From Eledone cirrhosa (Eukaryota), in contig OZ024744.1 of the NCBI GenBank assembly GCA_964016885.1, positions 21,390,001 through 21,454,000 of the forward strand: DNA of 64,000 nucleotides, in the 5' to 3' direction. Below, in pieces: positions 1-14,231 of this stretch (its first letter is position 1; every line of letters begins with the position of its first letter). The notes under the pieces are model-generated. The model saw only the letters and a list, made by a program, of their open reading frames with translations, made no database searches and was not told the origin of the DNA. A program made the translations under genes and the position numbers.

Positions 1-1394
1 GTATGTATATATATGTATGTTCTTCTGGTTTTATAATTTCACAAAGTGTTACCAATAGAGAGAGAATCGGTTTCTAACATAGACACAAGATTCTCTCATT
101 GGAATTTACACAACATCAACTAGGTAGATATGTATGTATGTATGTGTAGATATGGATGTTATTGTATGTGTGGATATGTATGTTTTGAGTTGTATGTGTG
201 CATGTGTATATGCTTTGTATCTGTACATGTGTATATGCAGTATGTATGTATGTTTGTATGTATGTATATGTTATGTTTGCGCCTGTTTAAATTTGCTGGA
301 CGTTTGAAATGTAATTTATGTTTGTTTTTCTTTCCTCCCTCAGCACAAAGAGAATGTTTGTCCCCGAGAATTGACAGTGTTATAGACACGACTTAACGAT
401 AGGAAATGATGGAAAACCACAAAAACCGCAAAACTCCAATGAAAATTGTTGTTGGTGGTGGTGGTGGTGAATGTAGTGTTGTTGTTGGTAGTGGTGGTGG
501 TGGTGGTGGCGGTGGTGACTGCAGTGTTGGTGGTGTGGTGGGGGCGGGTGGTCGTGGTGGGGGCGGTGATGATGATGATGATGATTGTGGTGGTGATGAT
601 GATGACGGTGATGACTGTAGTGTTTGTGGTGGTAGTGGCGATGTTGAATGTAGTGTTGTTGTTGTTGTTGTTGGTGGTGGTGGTGAGAAGAATTAACAGA
701 TAGGTGAGAGAGGTAGTGGTAGGAGTGGATGTATGAAAGGGTACAGGTTGGTAAAAAAAACAAGCAATAAGAAGGCGTACAGTGGAGCTCTTCCTCAAAA
801 TCGGAACATCAGTCGCCCGTCTGAGGAAGGACCCCCACGAGGTGGGATGGCTGTTGCAGAGGGTGTCACTGGCCGTCTTTGCGTGAATGCTTTTGCGGTC
901 TTGTCCGCGAGGCACAGCCTCATTAGCACCACGCCCTAGGCCCAGAAACCCTCCCACTTCCCATTCTTCTGTGACACTACAGTCCTTGCCATTCTCTCCC
1001 TTTTCCGTTTTTATTTTTTTTGCTCTTTTTTCTTTATATTTTCCTATTTTACATTCCATTCTTTTCAGTCGAAATTTCTTTTCTTTTTCTACTAAACTGC
1101 TTTTATATGGAAAAAAGCAACAACTAATAATAGACGAAGGCTGACGCGGAGGCGGTGGGGTGGGGTCTATTAGTAAATAAACCGACTGTAGATACATACT
1201 GACACACAAAACGAGACACACACACACACACAGGTTGTCCCCAAATTGTATACACTTAAACAGCATTATAATAAATATGTGTATACATTGTTGGGAGTAC
1301 ACCCTATTTATATATATGTGTGTGTATATGCATATGTATGTATGTATGTGTGTGTGTGTGTGTATGTGTGTGTGTGTGAGTGTGTGTTTGGAAT

Positions 1395-1675
1395 CGTGAG
1401 TTTGTGAGTTCGTTTCCTTGACCGTGTGATGAGTTGAAGGCTTGAGCAAGACACTTTATTTCACGTTGCTCCTGTTCACTCAGCTGTAGAAACGTGTTGT
1501 GCCGTCACTGGTACCAAGCTGTATCAGCCTATACCGTTCCCTTGGACAACATCTGAGGTGTGGTGAGGGGATCCCTGCATTCTTTGGTTACTGCTGGTCT
1601 GCTACAAATAACCTTAACCGGATTTATGCCTCGAAGGGCAACCTTGATGGTTATTCGTGACTGAAGAGTGTTTTA
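1395..1675 (+). mobile_element. Degenerate SINE fragment (second family, CORE/V-like CTTGAGCAAGACACTT motif)
   Basis: cttgagcaagacacttt at ~1441, also seen at ~37786; followed by ttcactcagctgtagaaa. Boundaries uncertain. Confidence 0.4.
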
Positions 1676-1687
1676 CGCTTTAACATA

Positions 1688-2951
<1,264 letters not shown>

Positions 2952-2956
2952 ATGTA

Positions 2957-3058
<102 letters not shown>

Positions 3059-3147
3059 TGTATGAATGGACCTGTTATTTTTATCTAAAGACATTTTTTC
3101 CAATTCCATCCCGCCTGTCCTCTCAATCCATCTTATTTCTCATTCTT

Positions 3148-3183
3148 TCTTCTGATGAAGGATTAGCGTCCGAAACGTTAAGA
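3148..3183 (+). ncRNA. Minimal type I hammerhead ribozyme motif
   Basis: tctt-CTGATGA-a-gga/ttagcg/tcc-GAAA-cg-TT-aaga: stem I tctt/aaga, 3-bp stem II, minimal palindromic stem III (aacgtt). Confidence 0.65.
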
Positions 3184-3301
3184 CCCTCTTCCCCTTCCTG
3201 CTTTATCAAGCGTTAACCTAATCTATCCTTTCCATGTACTGTACCAATTGAGTTGTTATTTCTGTTTACCTTTTGCATATATATATCTATTATTAATAGT
3301 A

Positions 3302-3503
3302 GGGCGGTGGATTGGCAGTATCGGTAGAGGGTCGGATGCCATGCTTTGACGCATAGAGTTACGGCCCTTGCCATTCTGAGTTCGAATCCCGCCGAGGTTA
3401 ACTTTGTCTTTCATCCTTACGGGGTCGATAAAATAAAGTACCAGTAATACACTGGGTATTTCCTGGCCTTGTGTCTAACGTAGAAACAATTATTATTATT
3501 ATT
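3302..3503 (+). mobile_element. tRNA-derived SINE, copy S1, (ATT)n tail
   Basis: A-box-like tggcagtatcgg, B-box gagttcgaatcc, body ctttcatccttacggggtcgataaaataaagtaccagt, 3' ggccttgtg..gtagaaacaattattatt; six related copies in the window. Confidence 0.85.
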
Positions 3504-3518
3504 AGTAGTAGTAGTTGT

Positions 3519-3692
3519 AGTATTGGTAGAAAGGTCGGACATGCATTCCAGCGTGGTTACGTCCCTTTACGATCTGAGTTCAAATCACGCCTTTCATCCT
3601 TACGGGGTCGATAAAATAAAGTACCAGTAATGTACTGAGTATTTGCTAGCCTTGTGCCAAAAGTAGAAATAATAATAATAATTATTATTATT
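3519..3692 (+). mobile_element. SINE copy S2 (5'-truncated); its tail abuts Tx1 element A
   Basis: Same body as S1; ends gccttgtgccaaaagtagaaataataataataattattattatt. Confidence 0.85.
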
Positions 3693-4068
3693 GAGTCTGA
3701 ACTGACGTCTTTTTGCTCGCTCCCGTAAGTTTATTTATTTACATTTCAAAACTTATTTATTGAATTTGTTGTTGTGTAAGGCATACAAGCTCTTGGACTT
3801 TGCCCTGTGAAGGGGAAAGAATAATATTTGGGCCTTTTGGCCCAAATATTTGAACTTTTTTATATTTTAAAAAATTAACGAGAAATAAAAAAAAAAGCAT
3901 GGCTGAACCACGCCCCCACCGATATGTCTGCTGTCGTGCGACAACGACGTAAAAGTTGAGAGGAGCGCTACGGCGAAATTAATAGAAATTGATAAAACAA
4001 ACACCACCACAAACAATGTAAACCAAGACAGCAATGATAACAACACTGAGATCTCTAATTTTGAATAA

Positions 4069-5938
4069 ATGACAGAAACAGCAACAACGAAAATACAGAT
4101 AACAAAAAAAAATAACAAATGCAACAACAATATCAACACCACTAACATGAAAACAAACAGCAACAACACCAACAGCAACAATACCAACTGCACCGAGAAC
4201 AACGGCAGCAACAAAGACAACAATGATAACAGCGACAGTGATAACAACAACACCAACAAGAACAACGACATCAACACTCCCAACGACAACAAGAAGAACA
4301 CTTTCGCTGCGGCAGCAGCAAAAAAGAGGCCATGCTTCAACATGGACCTCTCAAACAAAGATGAAAAGTTGGCCCAGGCATGGAAGCTCATCAAGCAAGA
4401 ACAAACCTGGGTCAAATTAACTGTCCCGGTAGAAGCTATTGAGGCAGTGGAGCGCAGAACGGTGCATTATAGATGCATCTCAGCACAAACCAAAAGGGCA
4501 GCTTTAATCCCACAAGAAGATGTCCAAGTCGCGCTGAGGTGCATCAGAGAAGACACCCAGTACATAGAGAGGGGCAGACAGAACGGCACCATTTCGGTGT
4601 TGTTCAAGTCAGAAGCCCAAGTATGAAACACGCTATGACTCCTTGCAAAACCAGCAAGGTCATAATGTACCCCTCCCACATGGGAAAAAGAATGGCCCGT
4701 CTCCGCATTCCCAGAATCCCACCAGGACTTGACATGTGGTGGCTTCTGGGATGTGTGATTGTGGAGGGGACTGATACCGTCCCTATAGAAGTGACCAGAA
4801 CGGCCAGATAGGATTGGTCCGGGGCATGACCTGGAGATCCTTCTCCAGATCAGGCCCGAGAATGTGAAGAGAATCCCGAACCACATCCGTCTTCAGAATG
4901 GGACGGTCATTCATATTATGACCGAGGGCAAAAGGCTGCAGTGTTTTGTTTTTGGGGAAAAAACCGATTTGCCAGCCTTCTGCCCTCAACTGCTAAAAGA
5001 TGCAAGAGGTCGAAAGGCTCTACTTCTGCCGACGCCGGGGCGAGGACCACAACCAAAACCTGCACCGGAAAAACCAACAACAACACCAACAGAAAGATCA
5101 CCACCAACATTGTCACCCAGGGGGGGTGGCGGGGGGGGGGGGGGGGGGGGGAGTTATCAAATTCCTCCTCTCCCCCAAAATACACACACCAATAAAAACA
5201 TAAACACACACACAGACACACTTACAGACACAGACCCCTCATCTTCCAGTAGTGAAGATGAGGGAAAACCAAAATCCCCCAAAATACAAAAATGCTAACA
5301 CAAAAAGGAAAAAAAAACTCAACAAAGCACAAAATCACCCACAATAAAAAAAAAATGCAGACGCAACCCACGCAAACATCTCTCCAATAACACCAACATC
5401 AACACCACATCAGCATCACAAGAATCCCCCAAACACAAACAACCTAAACAGACGCAAGAACAAATACACACACAAACATCTGAAACCACAGACACCGCAC
5501 TCACAATAAACACAGATACAACCGAAACAAAACCACCAATACCATCACCACCACAGCAACACAAACAAATGAAATCACACCAAGAAAACATACAAAACTT
5601 CGTGCTCGTCAGGAGGGCCAACAAGGAACTGATGGCCCTCGTAGCACGAAGTGAAAATATACAAAAAGAGGGGGGAAATGTTTAAATCGAGCAAATTTCG
5701 CGTGCCGGAAGATTCGTTTCTGGTGCGAATGTCGCTCGATTTATACAAAGAGATACGAGACAGCTTTCCTCGGGACGTGAGAACTCCGAACGTAAAACCC
5801 ACTTCAAGACTTTTAAAGGGGTTCCCAAAAGAAACCTTACCAACTATAGAGGTCGAACCACCCGACCTTCACAAGAGCCCGGAAGGTAACAAAACCTTTC
5901 TTCTCTCCCTTTTTAACCTGCCAACATGGCCGTATTAA
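4069..5938 (+). pseudogene. Tx1 copy A ORF1 (Asn-rich N-terminus, degenerate CCHC knuckle, Thr/Pro-rich C-terminus), frameshifted
   Basis: ORFs 4069-4626, 4864-5298 (EGKRLQCFVFGEKTDLPAFCP) and 5651-5938; the stop overlaps the ORF2 ATG at 5926. Confidence 0.75.
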
Positions 5939-8696
5939 GAGTAGGAAGTTCAAATGTTCGAGGCCTGGGATCATCCTAGAAGCAGGGTCACCTGCTCAAT
6001 GACCTCAGGTCTCTAGAAATGGATGTAATTGCCGTCAGCGAGATCAGGATTTCCGACACGCGCGCACTAGGCCCCATTTTCGACCACTATCAGATCTTTG
6101 CATCTGTTAGCCGGCCGGGAATGGGAGGCGGGGTGGCAGTGCTGTTTAGGAAAGGCCTGGATCTCAAGGTAAGTTTGATCTTCCGAGACCCGGACGGGAT
6201 GTTGGTGGTCCTGGACGTGAACAATAACGAAAGTAGTGCATTTAGACTGGTGGCCGTCTATGCCCCTACTTAGGCAGGACGGCCGGACTTCTTTAAACGC
6301 CTGGAAGCCTTTCTAGAAGGTTGCATTGACGGAGCTAAGGCGCGTGCTCTGAGAAACGAGGGAACCAAAGCTGTTCGATGGGCCCGCGTGGCAGAGGCGC
6401 AGCGTGGTAATAAAACCACGATTCGGTCTTTAACGGACCGAGACGGACACGAGCTGAACGATTCCAAGCGGATGTGTGAGGCCTTTCGCCAGCATTTTGC
6501 TCGGTTCTTCGGGGGGAAGTGGCGGGTCAGAGATGCTGGCGGATTTCGGTCCCTACCTCGATGGCTTCCCGCAACTCTCGACGGCCGACGCTGGGCGCTG
6601 GGAAAGGCCGATTACTTCAGCTGAGATTCAGGATGCCCTTGTCGGCTGCATGAGGTTTGGATGGTCTGCCCTACGATCTTTACGCAAATATGCCAGACTT
6701 CTTCTCCAATCTCCTCGAAGCGCTCTACTACAACTGGCAGCAGAACGCGAGTATTCCCAGTTATGTGAGCCGGGGCATAGTGACGCTGATAAAGAAAGAC
6801 GAGAACAAGAGGGACATATTAGACAACTTCAGGCCCATTACTCTGCTCATCACAGAGTTTAAGATTTTGGCTAAGGTGTTAGCGAAGATGTTCGCGCTTG
6901 TTGTCGGGGATCTGGTTGGGGAGGCGCAAATTGCGCAATCCCAACCAGGCCCATACACGACAACCTCCACCTAATGCGATACATCATAGAGAGGGTAGGG
7001 TGTAAACCTGGCTTCTGTGGGGCTCTGATCAATTTAGATCAATCGAAAGCATTCGATAGAGTCGACCATCGTACCTGGAGGCTGTCCTCAAGGCGGCTGG
7101 CTTCGGCCCCGTCTTCAGAAGCTGGATCGCTGCAATGCACAGCGGCAACTGCTCGGTGGTCAAAATTAATGGCCATCTTTCGGAACCGTTTCAGGTCTCC
7201 CGATCGGTACGTCAAGGGTGCCCTCTCTCCTCTCTTCTGTACGTATTGACTCTCGTCCATTACTGCGGAAGCTGGAGCTGTTGCAGGGCATCCCGCTCGG
7301 ACCGGGACACAGAAAGGCTGTGTCGGCTTATGCGGACGACATCACCGTGATGGTGTCGGACACCTCAGAAATCGAGGTGGTCGGCAACTTATTGGAGGAA
7401 TATGAAAGATTGACGGGAGCAAAACTTAATCCGAAAAAGTCGGTGGGCTTGCAACTCGGCACCTGGAGAGGCAAGTCCATGCCGTCCAACAGCGTCGTGG
7501 GGCGCTGGACGGACTGGACCGGTAAAGTTGCTCGGGGTTTGTTTCGCGCCAGACCTCTAGGTGGATAAGAATTGGGACGAGGTGACGGACAGGGTAGCCA
7601 GTCTCACCCAGAAATGGGCTGGGGGAAGCTAACATTGAAAGGTCGGGCGGAGGTGGCGAACACGTACAACGCGTCCCTCATCTACTACCGTCTGAGCGTC
7701 GTCCCTTTGCCCCGTTCGTGCCTCGCCATCTTGGAGCGGCTCCTCTTCAAATTCTTGTGGAGGGATCAAGTTCCGCTGTTGAGGCGGTCCATCTGCTGCT
7801 AGCACCCTCTACGTGGAGGTCTGGGCATGCCGTGGCTAATGATGCGCAGACACGCGCTGAGGCTGTGGCATCTCCAGATATTCTGCCTAAACGGTGATTG
7901 GTGTGGTCGCCGTTTGTCAGACGGGCCTTTCCGCAGCTCGTTTCTTTGACTGAGTTGCAGTCCTGGATCAAAAAGAGACCGAGACTGGCTGACTGGCATC
8001 TGGAATGTTGCCAGGCACTCACTGCCTTCTACCAGGCGGGCAATGCGGTCAGTGGAACTTCCACTCTCGAGTTCTATAGAGGATTAGTGGTGGGCGAGTG
8101 CGACGACGCACTCGGAGAGGCTCTGGGAGTCGACGAAGTCGAACTAACCAGTCTGTTCCGGAGGACTTTCGAGCCGGGGACGATGGAAAATTTCCCAAAA
8201 CCCATCGCTTGGCAATGCAACCGGGGGCACTGCCAGTTCGAGATAAACTCTACAGGCATGGAAGTGCTGTCAGACGGACCTGCCCGAGATGCGCGCAGAG
8301 CGACAAACCGTTCTGCACGCACTCGTCCAGTGTCCGTATATTACTGACTTGTGGAGTTATGTCGAACAGCTGTTGTTGCTTGTGGAACGGATGCGGCTAT
8401 CGGCCGAGTCCATAATGAAGATCGACCCACCGCCTTCTTTTGGCCTGGAAGGGCAGGCAATTTTCCTCTGTCTGGTAGCAGTAGCGAAAGAGGTTGTATG
8501 GTGGACGAGGTTGAAAGGACTGAAGACAGACACTTTTCTCTTCGGCCAATCCCTCATCAACTTTTTCAAGTTTCACTTGGAAAGGAAGGTGAGGGTGGAG
8601 AGAGAAGTGCTGCCCCCCAGTACTTTTGCTGAAAGGCGGGTGAATGCAGCGAGAATGGCCTGTGTGACTGGGCCTACTCTGGTAATGCGGCTGTAG
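5926..8696 (+). pseudogene. Tx1 copy A ORF2 (APE endonuclease-RT), stops/frameshifts and ~0.6 kb deletion at ~6315
   Basis: Starts MAVLRVGSSNVRGL; RLEAFL is joined directly to EGCI relative to copy C. Confidence 0.88.
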
Positions 8697-8962
8697 GTGG
8701 GTAAATTTGAGGAGGAGAGGGTACCCTTCCAGGGTGCTCTCGAAGCGTCGGGTCGTTCAGGATTGGTGGGGTACCTGAGCGAACCCTGGGTGTTCATACC
8801 GCCTATTTGGGGAATTTTTCTTGTATTTTTCTTGTTACTTTGTTATTGTTATTCATATTGTTTACTCGTTTTTTCTGTAAAACCCCACTGTCCCATTCTT
8901 TTGTATTGTCCCCTATATGTCTGCGCTGGTGGCCAATAAATGAAATCATTATTATTATTATT

Positions 8963-11900
8963 GGCGGCCTACGTAGGAAATCATATTATCGTGAGCTCCA
9001 CAAAGGTTTGTTGTTTTCAGTTGTTTCAAATTGCCAGTTATGGAACATTTTTGTTGTTAAGTGTTTATAACTTCATATACATTTCTTTCTGAAAAGGACA
9101 CTCAATAATATTGGGGGCCTTGAGCCCAAAATTTAATTCTTTTATATTTTTCAAACTAAAATTTCTTTGAAAAAAACATGTACGGCTTTCAGCCACACAA
9201 AGCTGACAGCCTAACATCACCCACCACCACCACCATTGTAAACCTTGCTACGGCTGCCAACACTGAAAATAAAGGTAATAGTAATGGCAATTATTTAAAT
9301 TTGTCACATGCAGACATGGATTTCCCGCCATTACCAATAACTGCAGATGTTAAAGCCGCCAACCCACAACCCCAATGTCAAAAAGAACAACCAACACCAC
9401 TGATACCACCACCACCACCACCACCACTGCGACAACAGAAACAAAAAATAAATTATTATCTCGTGACATCGAAATGGATTCACCCAGAATCGACTCTTCC
9501 ACACCGAACACCACTGACATCACCACCCCAACCACCACCACAACTGAAACTAAAAATAACAATAACAAAAATAACAATAACAACAACAGCAACAACAACA
9601 ACAATGAGAATAACAACAACATCAACACCAGTGGAAAACAAAATGTGTCGTTTACCAAAGCAGCTAAGAAAAGCGAAGCAATCGAGGTATGCCAGGATGA
9701 ATTTATTCAAGCCAAGCGAATGGTAAAAACAGATGGGTACAGGGTCAGCCTCACCCACTATCTAATAAAATGGAGCATCGGTGCCTATGCACCGTGTCAT
9801 ATCGGACGATAAACACAAAATCACGCCGAGTGGAACGGGCATCCAAGTCCCAGATACAAAAAGCTTTGGGACATGTGTAGGCGCAAAAACCCCACATCAG
9901 ACGTGGGAAGAAATATGGAACCATGGACGTGTTCTTTGGAGCCCCACAGGAAGCCAGAGAGCACTCCTTGGTCCGGATCTGGGGTGGAGCTCCTGATCCA
10001 AGTGGACCAAAAAAACACAGAGGAAATTCCAGAGGTGATAGACCTCACTGACGGCAGCCACCTCACCGTAATCGTTGAGGGTAGAAGGCCTTGGTGTGTC
10101 GTTTGTGGAGAAGGAACCCACCCAAAGCCTTTCTGCCCTCAGGCTAAAAGTTTAAGCCAACCTCTCCTACCCACCTCAGTGTCTCAACCATCAAAACCAG
10201 CAGCAGAAATGGCAGCAACCACTGTAACAGCAACAACCCAAGCAACTGTAGCAGCAACAACCCAGCAACTGTCGCAGCAACAGTAGCAAAACCACAGCAC
10301 ACCACCCACCGCGCCAGAATTAGCACCAGCGCCTACACCATCCACTACGCCACAACAAAACCAACGCCTGTGGAGGGCTTTCCACTCCCCGACCTATCGC
10401 AACTGGAGACAGGTTGTGACGGCGAGGAAGAGTGGGAAACTATCTGGAAAACAAAGAAAAAAGAAGAAACCAAAAAAGAAAAAATCCTTTTCCTTCGCCC
10501 TCCAAAAACAAAATGCAGGGTGAGAAAAGCAAACAAACAAAAAAAAGTTAAGACAGCTATGTCACCACCCACACCAGCATCACCAGCCCCATCACCACAA
10601 ATACCAACACCCTCACCATCATTAACCCCAACACCACCATCACCAACACCACAAAAATCACCAACAAGTGAAACAGAAACAAACCCACAACAAACGCAAA
10701 CAAAACAAAGCAACCAAAACGATACACACTACACAGCATTAAATTTGTACAACAATCAATTATTACACTAAATCCAACACAACACCAGCATCACAGAAAA
10801 AGACTACATGACACCCCCAAAATCCACACCAACTCCACACATACAAATCACTCTCATCACATAGAAAACGTACACGACACTAAAATTAAAATTCCCCAAG
10901 GACATCGGAGACTTCCGACAAACACTCTCCAGGAGGATTTATAAAGACATCGTTCCAGAGGGGGCCACAAGCAGTGAGAAGGACGGAAAACCATCCTTCC
11001 TCCTGAGAAGTGTGGTGAGAGGTCTTTCCCATCTTTTTCCACACCTTCTCAACATGACGTCACTCAGAATAGGCAGCCTAAATGCGCGTGGCCTGGGGTC
11101 GTCATGGAAGAAGGGCCACCTGCGCAACGATCTCAGGTCACTAAACTTAGATTTGCCATCAGCGAGACAAGAATCTCCGAAGCACAAGCCTTCGCACCGT
11201 TCTTCGGCGGCTACGATGTATACACATTTCCCAACCGTCCAGGATCGGGGGAGGAGTTGCTGTGCTTTTTCAGAGAGGTTTGGATCTCGCCATACAGGCC
11301 ATTTTCTTGGACCCAGAAGGTAAGTCGGTGGTGCTGGACGTGACGGGCAGCGAAGGCAATGCTTTCAGGCTAGTAGCCGTCTACGCACCAACAGGGGCAG
11401 GACGGCCAGATTTCTTCAGACGTCTAGAGACCTTTTTTGGAACGTCTCGCTCTTTAGTGTTAGTGGGCGACTGGAACGGTATCTTAGATGCACGCTGGGA
11501 TTATGTGGTGTTAGTAGACAGAGCATGTGGGTGTAAAAGCCTCAACAACCTGCTCAGACGTTTTGAATTGTCTGACAGGTATAGACTGGTTTATCCGAAT
11601 GTGCCAATGTGGACATGGGCAAACCGCATCGGGTCATCCAGATCGTATTTAGAGAGGGTATTCTGTAGGGAAACAGATAAGGCTAGTGTAGGTTGTCCAC
11701 AATTTAAACTAATCAACTACACAGACCACAAATTTGTGATCTGTGAAGTTGACTTAAATAGACTCCATAGGCAAGGGCCCGGCTACTGGAAGCTAAACGC
11801 GTCGTTCCCGACGCGCAAAGCTTACAGAGACCGGATTAGCGAATTAGTTAAGCGTGGTGGTTTACCCTGAAAACGGCTATTAGAGTAGCATCGATAAGGT

Positions 11901-14177
11901 TTAGCAAAGGCGGAAAATAGAATAGAGGGAGAGTTAGTTAGAAAGCAAGAAGAGGCGTTTGGGACAGGCATCGTAACCGACCTGCTTGCGGCGAGATTGG
12001 CACTCGACCAATTCTTCAACGCAAAGCATGAAGGCTGCGTTATCAGAGCTAGAGCGCGTGCTCTAAGACACAGGGGGACGAAAGCCGTTCAATGGACGCG
12101 GGTAGTGGAGGCACGGCGTAGAAACATGTCCACAATTCGGTCTTTGCCTGATCAAAACGGCCGCATATATCTGCTCGAACCCGAGCAGATATGTGCGGCT
12201 TTTCAACAGCACTTTGCTTAATTGTTCGAGAGCGGCGGCGGGCCGGATCGGAGTATGGACTTCGGTACATACCTCGACGGACTGCCGCGGCTCTCGACGA
12301 CCGCAGCGCAGTGCTGCTGAAAGCCGATAACAGCAGCTGAAATACGGGAAGCGATGTCTGACTGCACGAGGGGTAAATCGCCAGGTTTGTATGGTCTGCC
12401 CTACGAGCATTATGCGTATATGCCAGACTTGTTCGGCGACCTCTTGGCCCATGTCTCTGCAACTGGCAGCAGAACGGGAGCATTTTCAGTTTTGTGAGCC
12501 GGGGAGCTGTGGCGCTGCTGAGAAAAGACCCGAACAAGGGGGACGTTATAGACAACATCAGTCCCTTAATTCTGTTAAACGTAGAGTTTAAGATTTTGGC
12601 CAAGGTGTTAGCAAAGAGATTGGTGCTTGTCGTTGGTGATTTGGTGGGAGAGGCGCAGACATTCGCCATCTTGGACATATCCATCCACGACAACCTCCAT
12701 CTCATGCGATACATCATAGAGAGGGTGGTTAAGGAACCTGGCACGTTAAGGGGCCCTGATAACATCGATCAATCTAAAGAATTTGATATGGTCGACCATC
12801 GGTACCTGGCTGAGGTCCTCAAGGTGACCGGCTTCGGGCCCGTTTTTAGGGGCTGGATCGCTGCGATGCACAGCGACATCCACTCGATTGTGAGGGTGAA
12901 TGGTCACCTGTCGCAGCCTTTCAGCATCATGCGTTCGGTCCTCCAGAGTTGCCCCACCTCGTCCCTCTTGTACGTATTGGCCCTCGAGCCGTTACTTCAC
13001 AAATTGGAGACGATGAGGAGGATCCCACGCGAACTGGGATGCGGGGGATCCGTGTCAGCTTATGCCGACGACGTCACCGTGGTGGTGTCGAGCACCAAAC
13101 AGGTCCAGATACTCGGCTCCGCTCTCAAGGAATACGAAGCGGTGATATGAGCAAAGACGGTGGGCTTGCAACACGGCACCTGGAGACGCAAGTCCATGCC
13201 GTCCGACAAGGTCGTGGGTGGCTGGACGGAAGGACCGGTTAAATTACTCGGGGTCTGGATAGGTCCGGACCTCCAGATTGAGAGAAACTGAATCGAGGTG
13301 ACGAGAAATGGGCCGTGAGGAGGCTGGTCGTCGAAGACAATCATCTATTCGCTCTCTTCAAGAGAACTTTCAAACCGGGGCCTATGGACAACTTCCAGAA
13401 ATCTCTGGCCTGGCAGTGCTACCGGGGATCGTTGCCGGTTCGGGATTAGCTCTTCAGGCTCGGAGGTGCTATCAGCCGAGCCTGTCCGAGATGCGCGCAG
13501 GGTGACGAACCGTTCTGCACGCACTCGTTCAGTGCCCGAGGATTGCTGACATGCGGTGCTCTGTCGAACAGCTGCTGTCGCGTGTAGGACGGATCCGGTT
13601 ATCGACTGAGTCCATTGTGCAGATAGCCCCGCCATCCTCCTTTAAAGAGGAGGAAGGGCAGGCAGTTTCATCTGCCTGGTGGCCATGGCAAAAGAGATTG
13701 TGTGGTGGACAAGGTTGAAAGTGTTAAAGACGAACACTTTCCTCTCCGGCCAATCCCTCACTAACTTTTTCAAGTTTCACTTCAAGAGGAAAATCAGGGT
13801 GGAGAGGCAAGTGTTGTCTTCTAGTAAGTTTGTTGAAAGGTGGATGAAAGTGGCGACTCTGGTCCGAGTGAACGGGCCCGCTCTGAGTATGAGTCTGTAG
13901 ACTGAGGAGTGGGAAAAGTGAGAGAGTGTGCTTGTCCTGGTGGTCAGGGTAGCCGTAGTCTTTTGTGTGGTTTTCACCACGAGTGACCCTCGGAGGTTTT
14001 CCCCCTTCTTGGGGAATTTTTGTTGTTTGAATTTTTTGGATTTCTAGCCCGGTTTTGTTATAACATGTTTACACGACCAAAACCCAGTTTGTCTCGTCCT
14101 GTACTGTTCTCTGCTGTCTCTAATGTTTTTCTCCGTGTTAGCCCTTGTGGCCAATAAAGAAACTATTATTATTATTA
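8963..14177 (+). mobile_element. Tx1/L1-clade element, copy B (apparently full 5' end, decayed)
   Basis: Starts right after A's (ATT)n tail; ORF1 with EGRRPWCVVCGEGTHPKPFC; ORF2 from ATG 11054; 3' gcccttgtggccaataaagaaact(att)n. Confidence 0.92.
11054..13900 (+). pseudogene. Tx1 copy B ORF2 (APE-RT), disrupted, ~0.5 kb deletion near 13325
   Basis: MTSLRIGSLNARGL, LVGDWNG, YTDHK, GPGYWKLN, AYADD; the KWA segment is joined to VEDNHLF relative to copy C. Confidence 0.88.
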
Positions 14178-14231
14178 TTGTTGTTTGAATATTTTGGATT
14201 TCTAGCCCGGTTTTGTTATAACCTGTTTACA

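Larger units (their letters stand above)
3693..8962 (+). mobile_element. Tx1/L1-clade non-LTR retrotransposon, copy A (apparently full 5' end, internally deleted, decayed)
   Basis: 5'UTR, ORF1, then APE-RT ORF2 fragments (DVIAVSE, FRPITLL, DQSKAFDRVDH, RQGCPLS, AYADD, CPRC...HALVQC); 3' AATAAA then (ATT)n. Confidence 0.92.

Noticed and set aside
130-1449. 369 aa minus-strand ORF and overlapping His/Thr/Gly-rich ORFs
   Set aside because: Made of (GGT)n, (GAT)n and (TG)n repeats. Possibly a decayed retroelement ORF1 remnant, but no motif supports a call.
3302-3400. tRNA gene
   Set aside because: A/B boxes are present but there is no cloverleaf, and it continues into a multi-copy SINE body.
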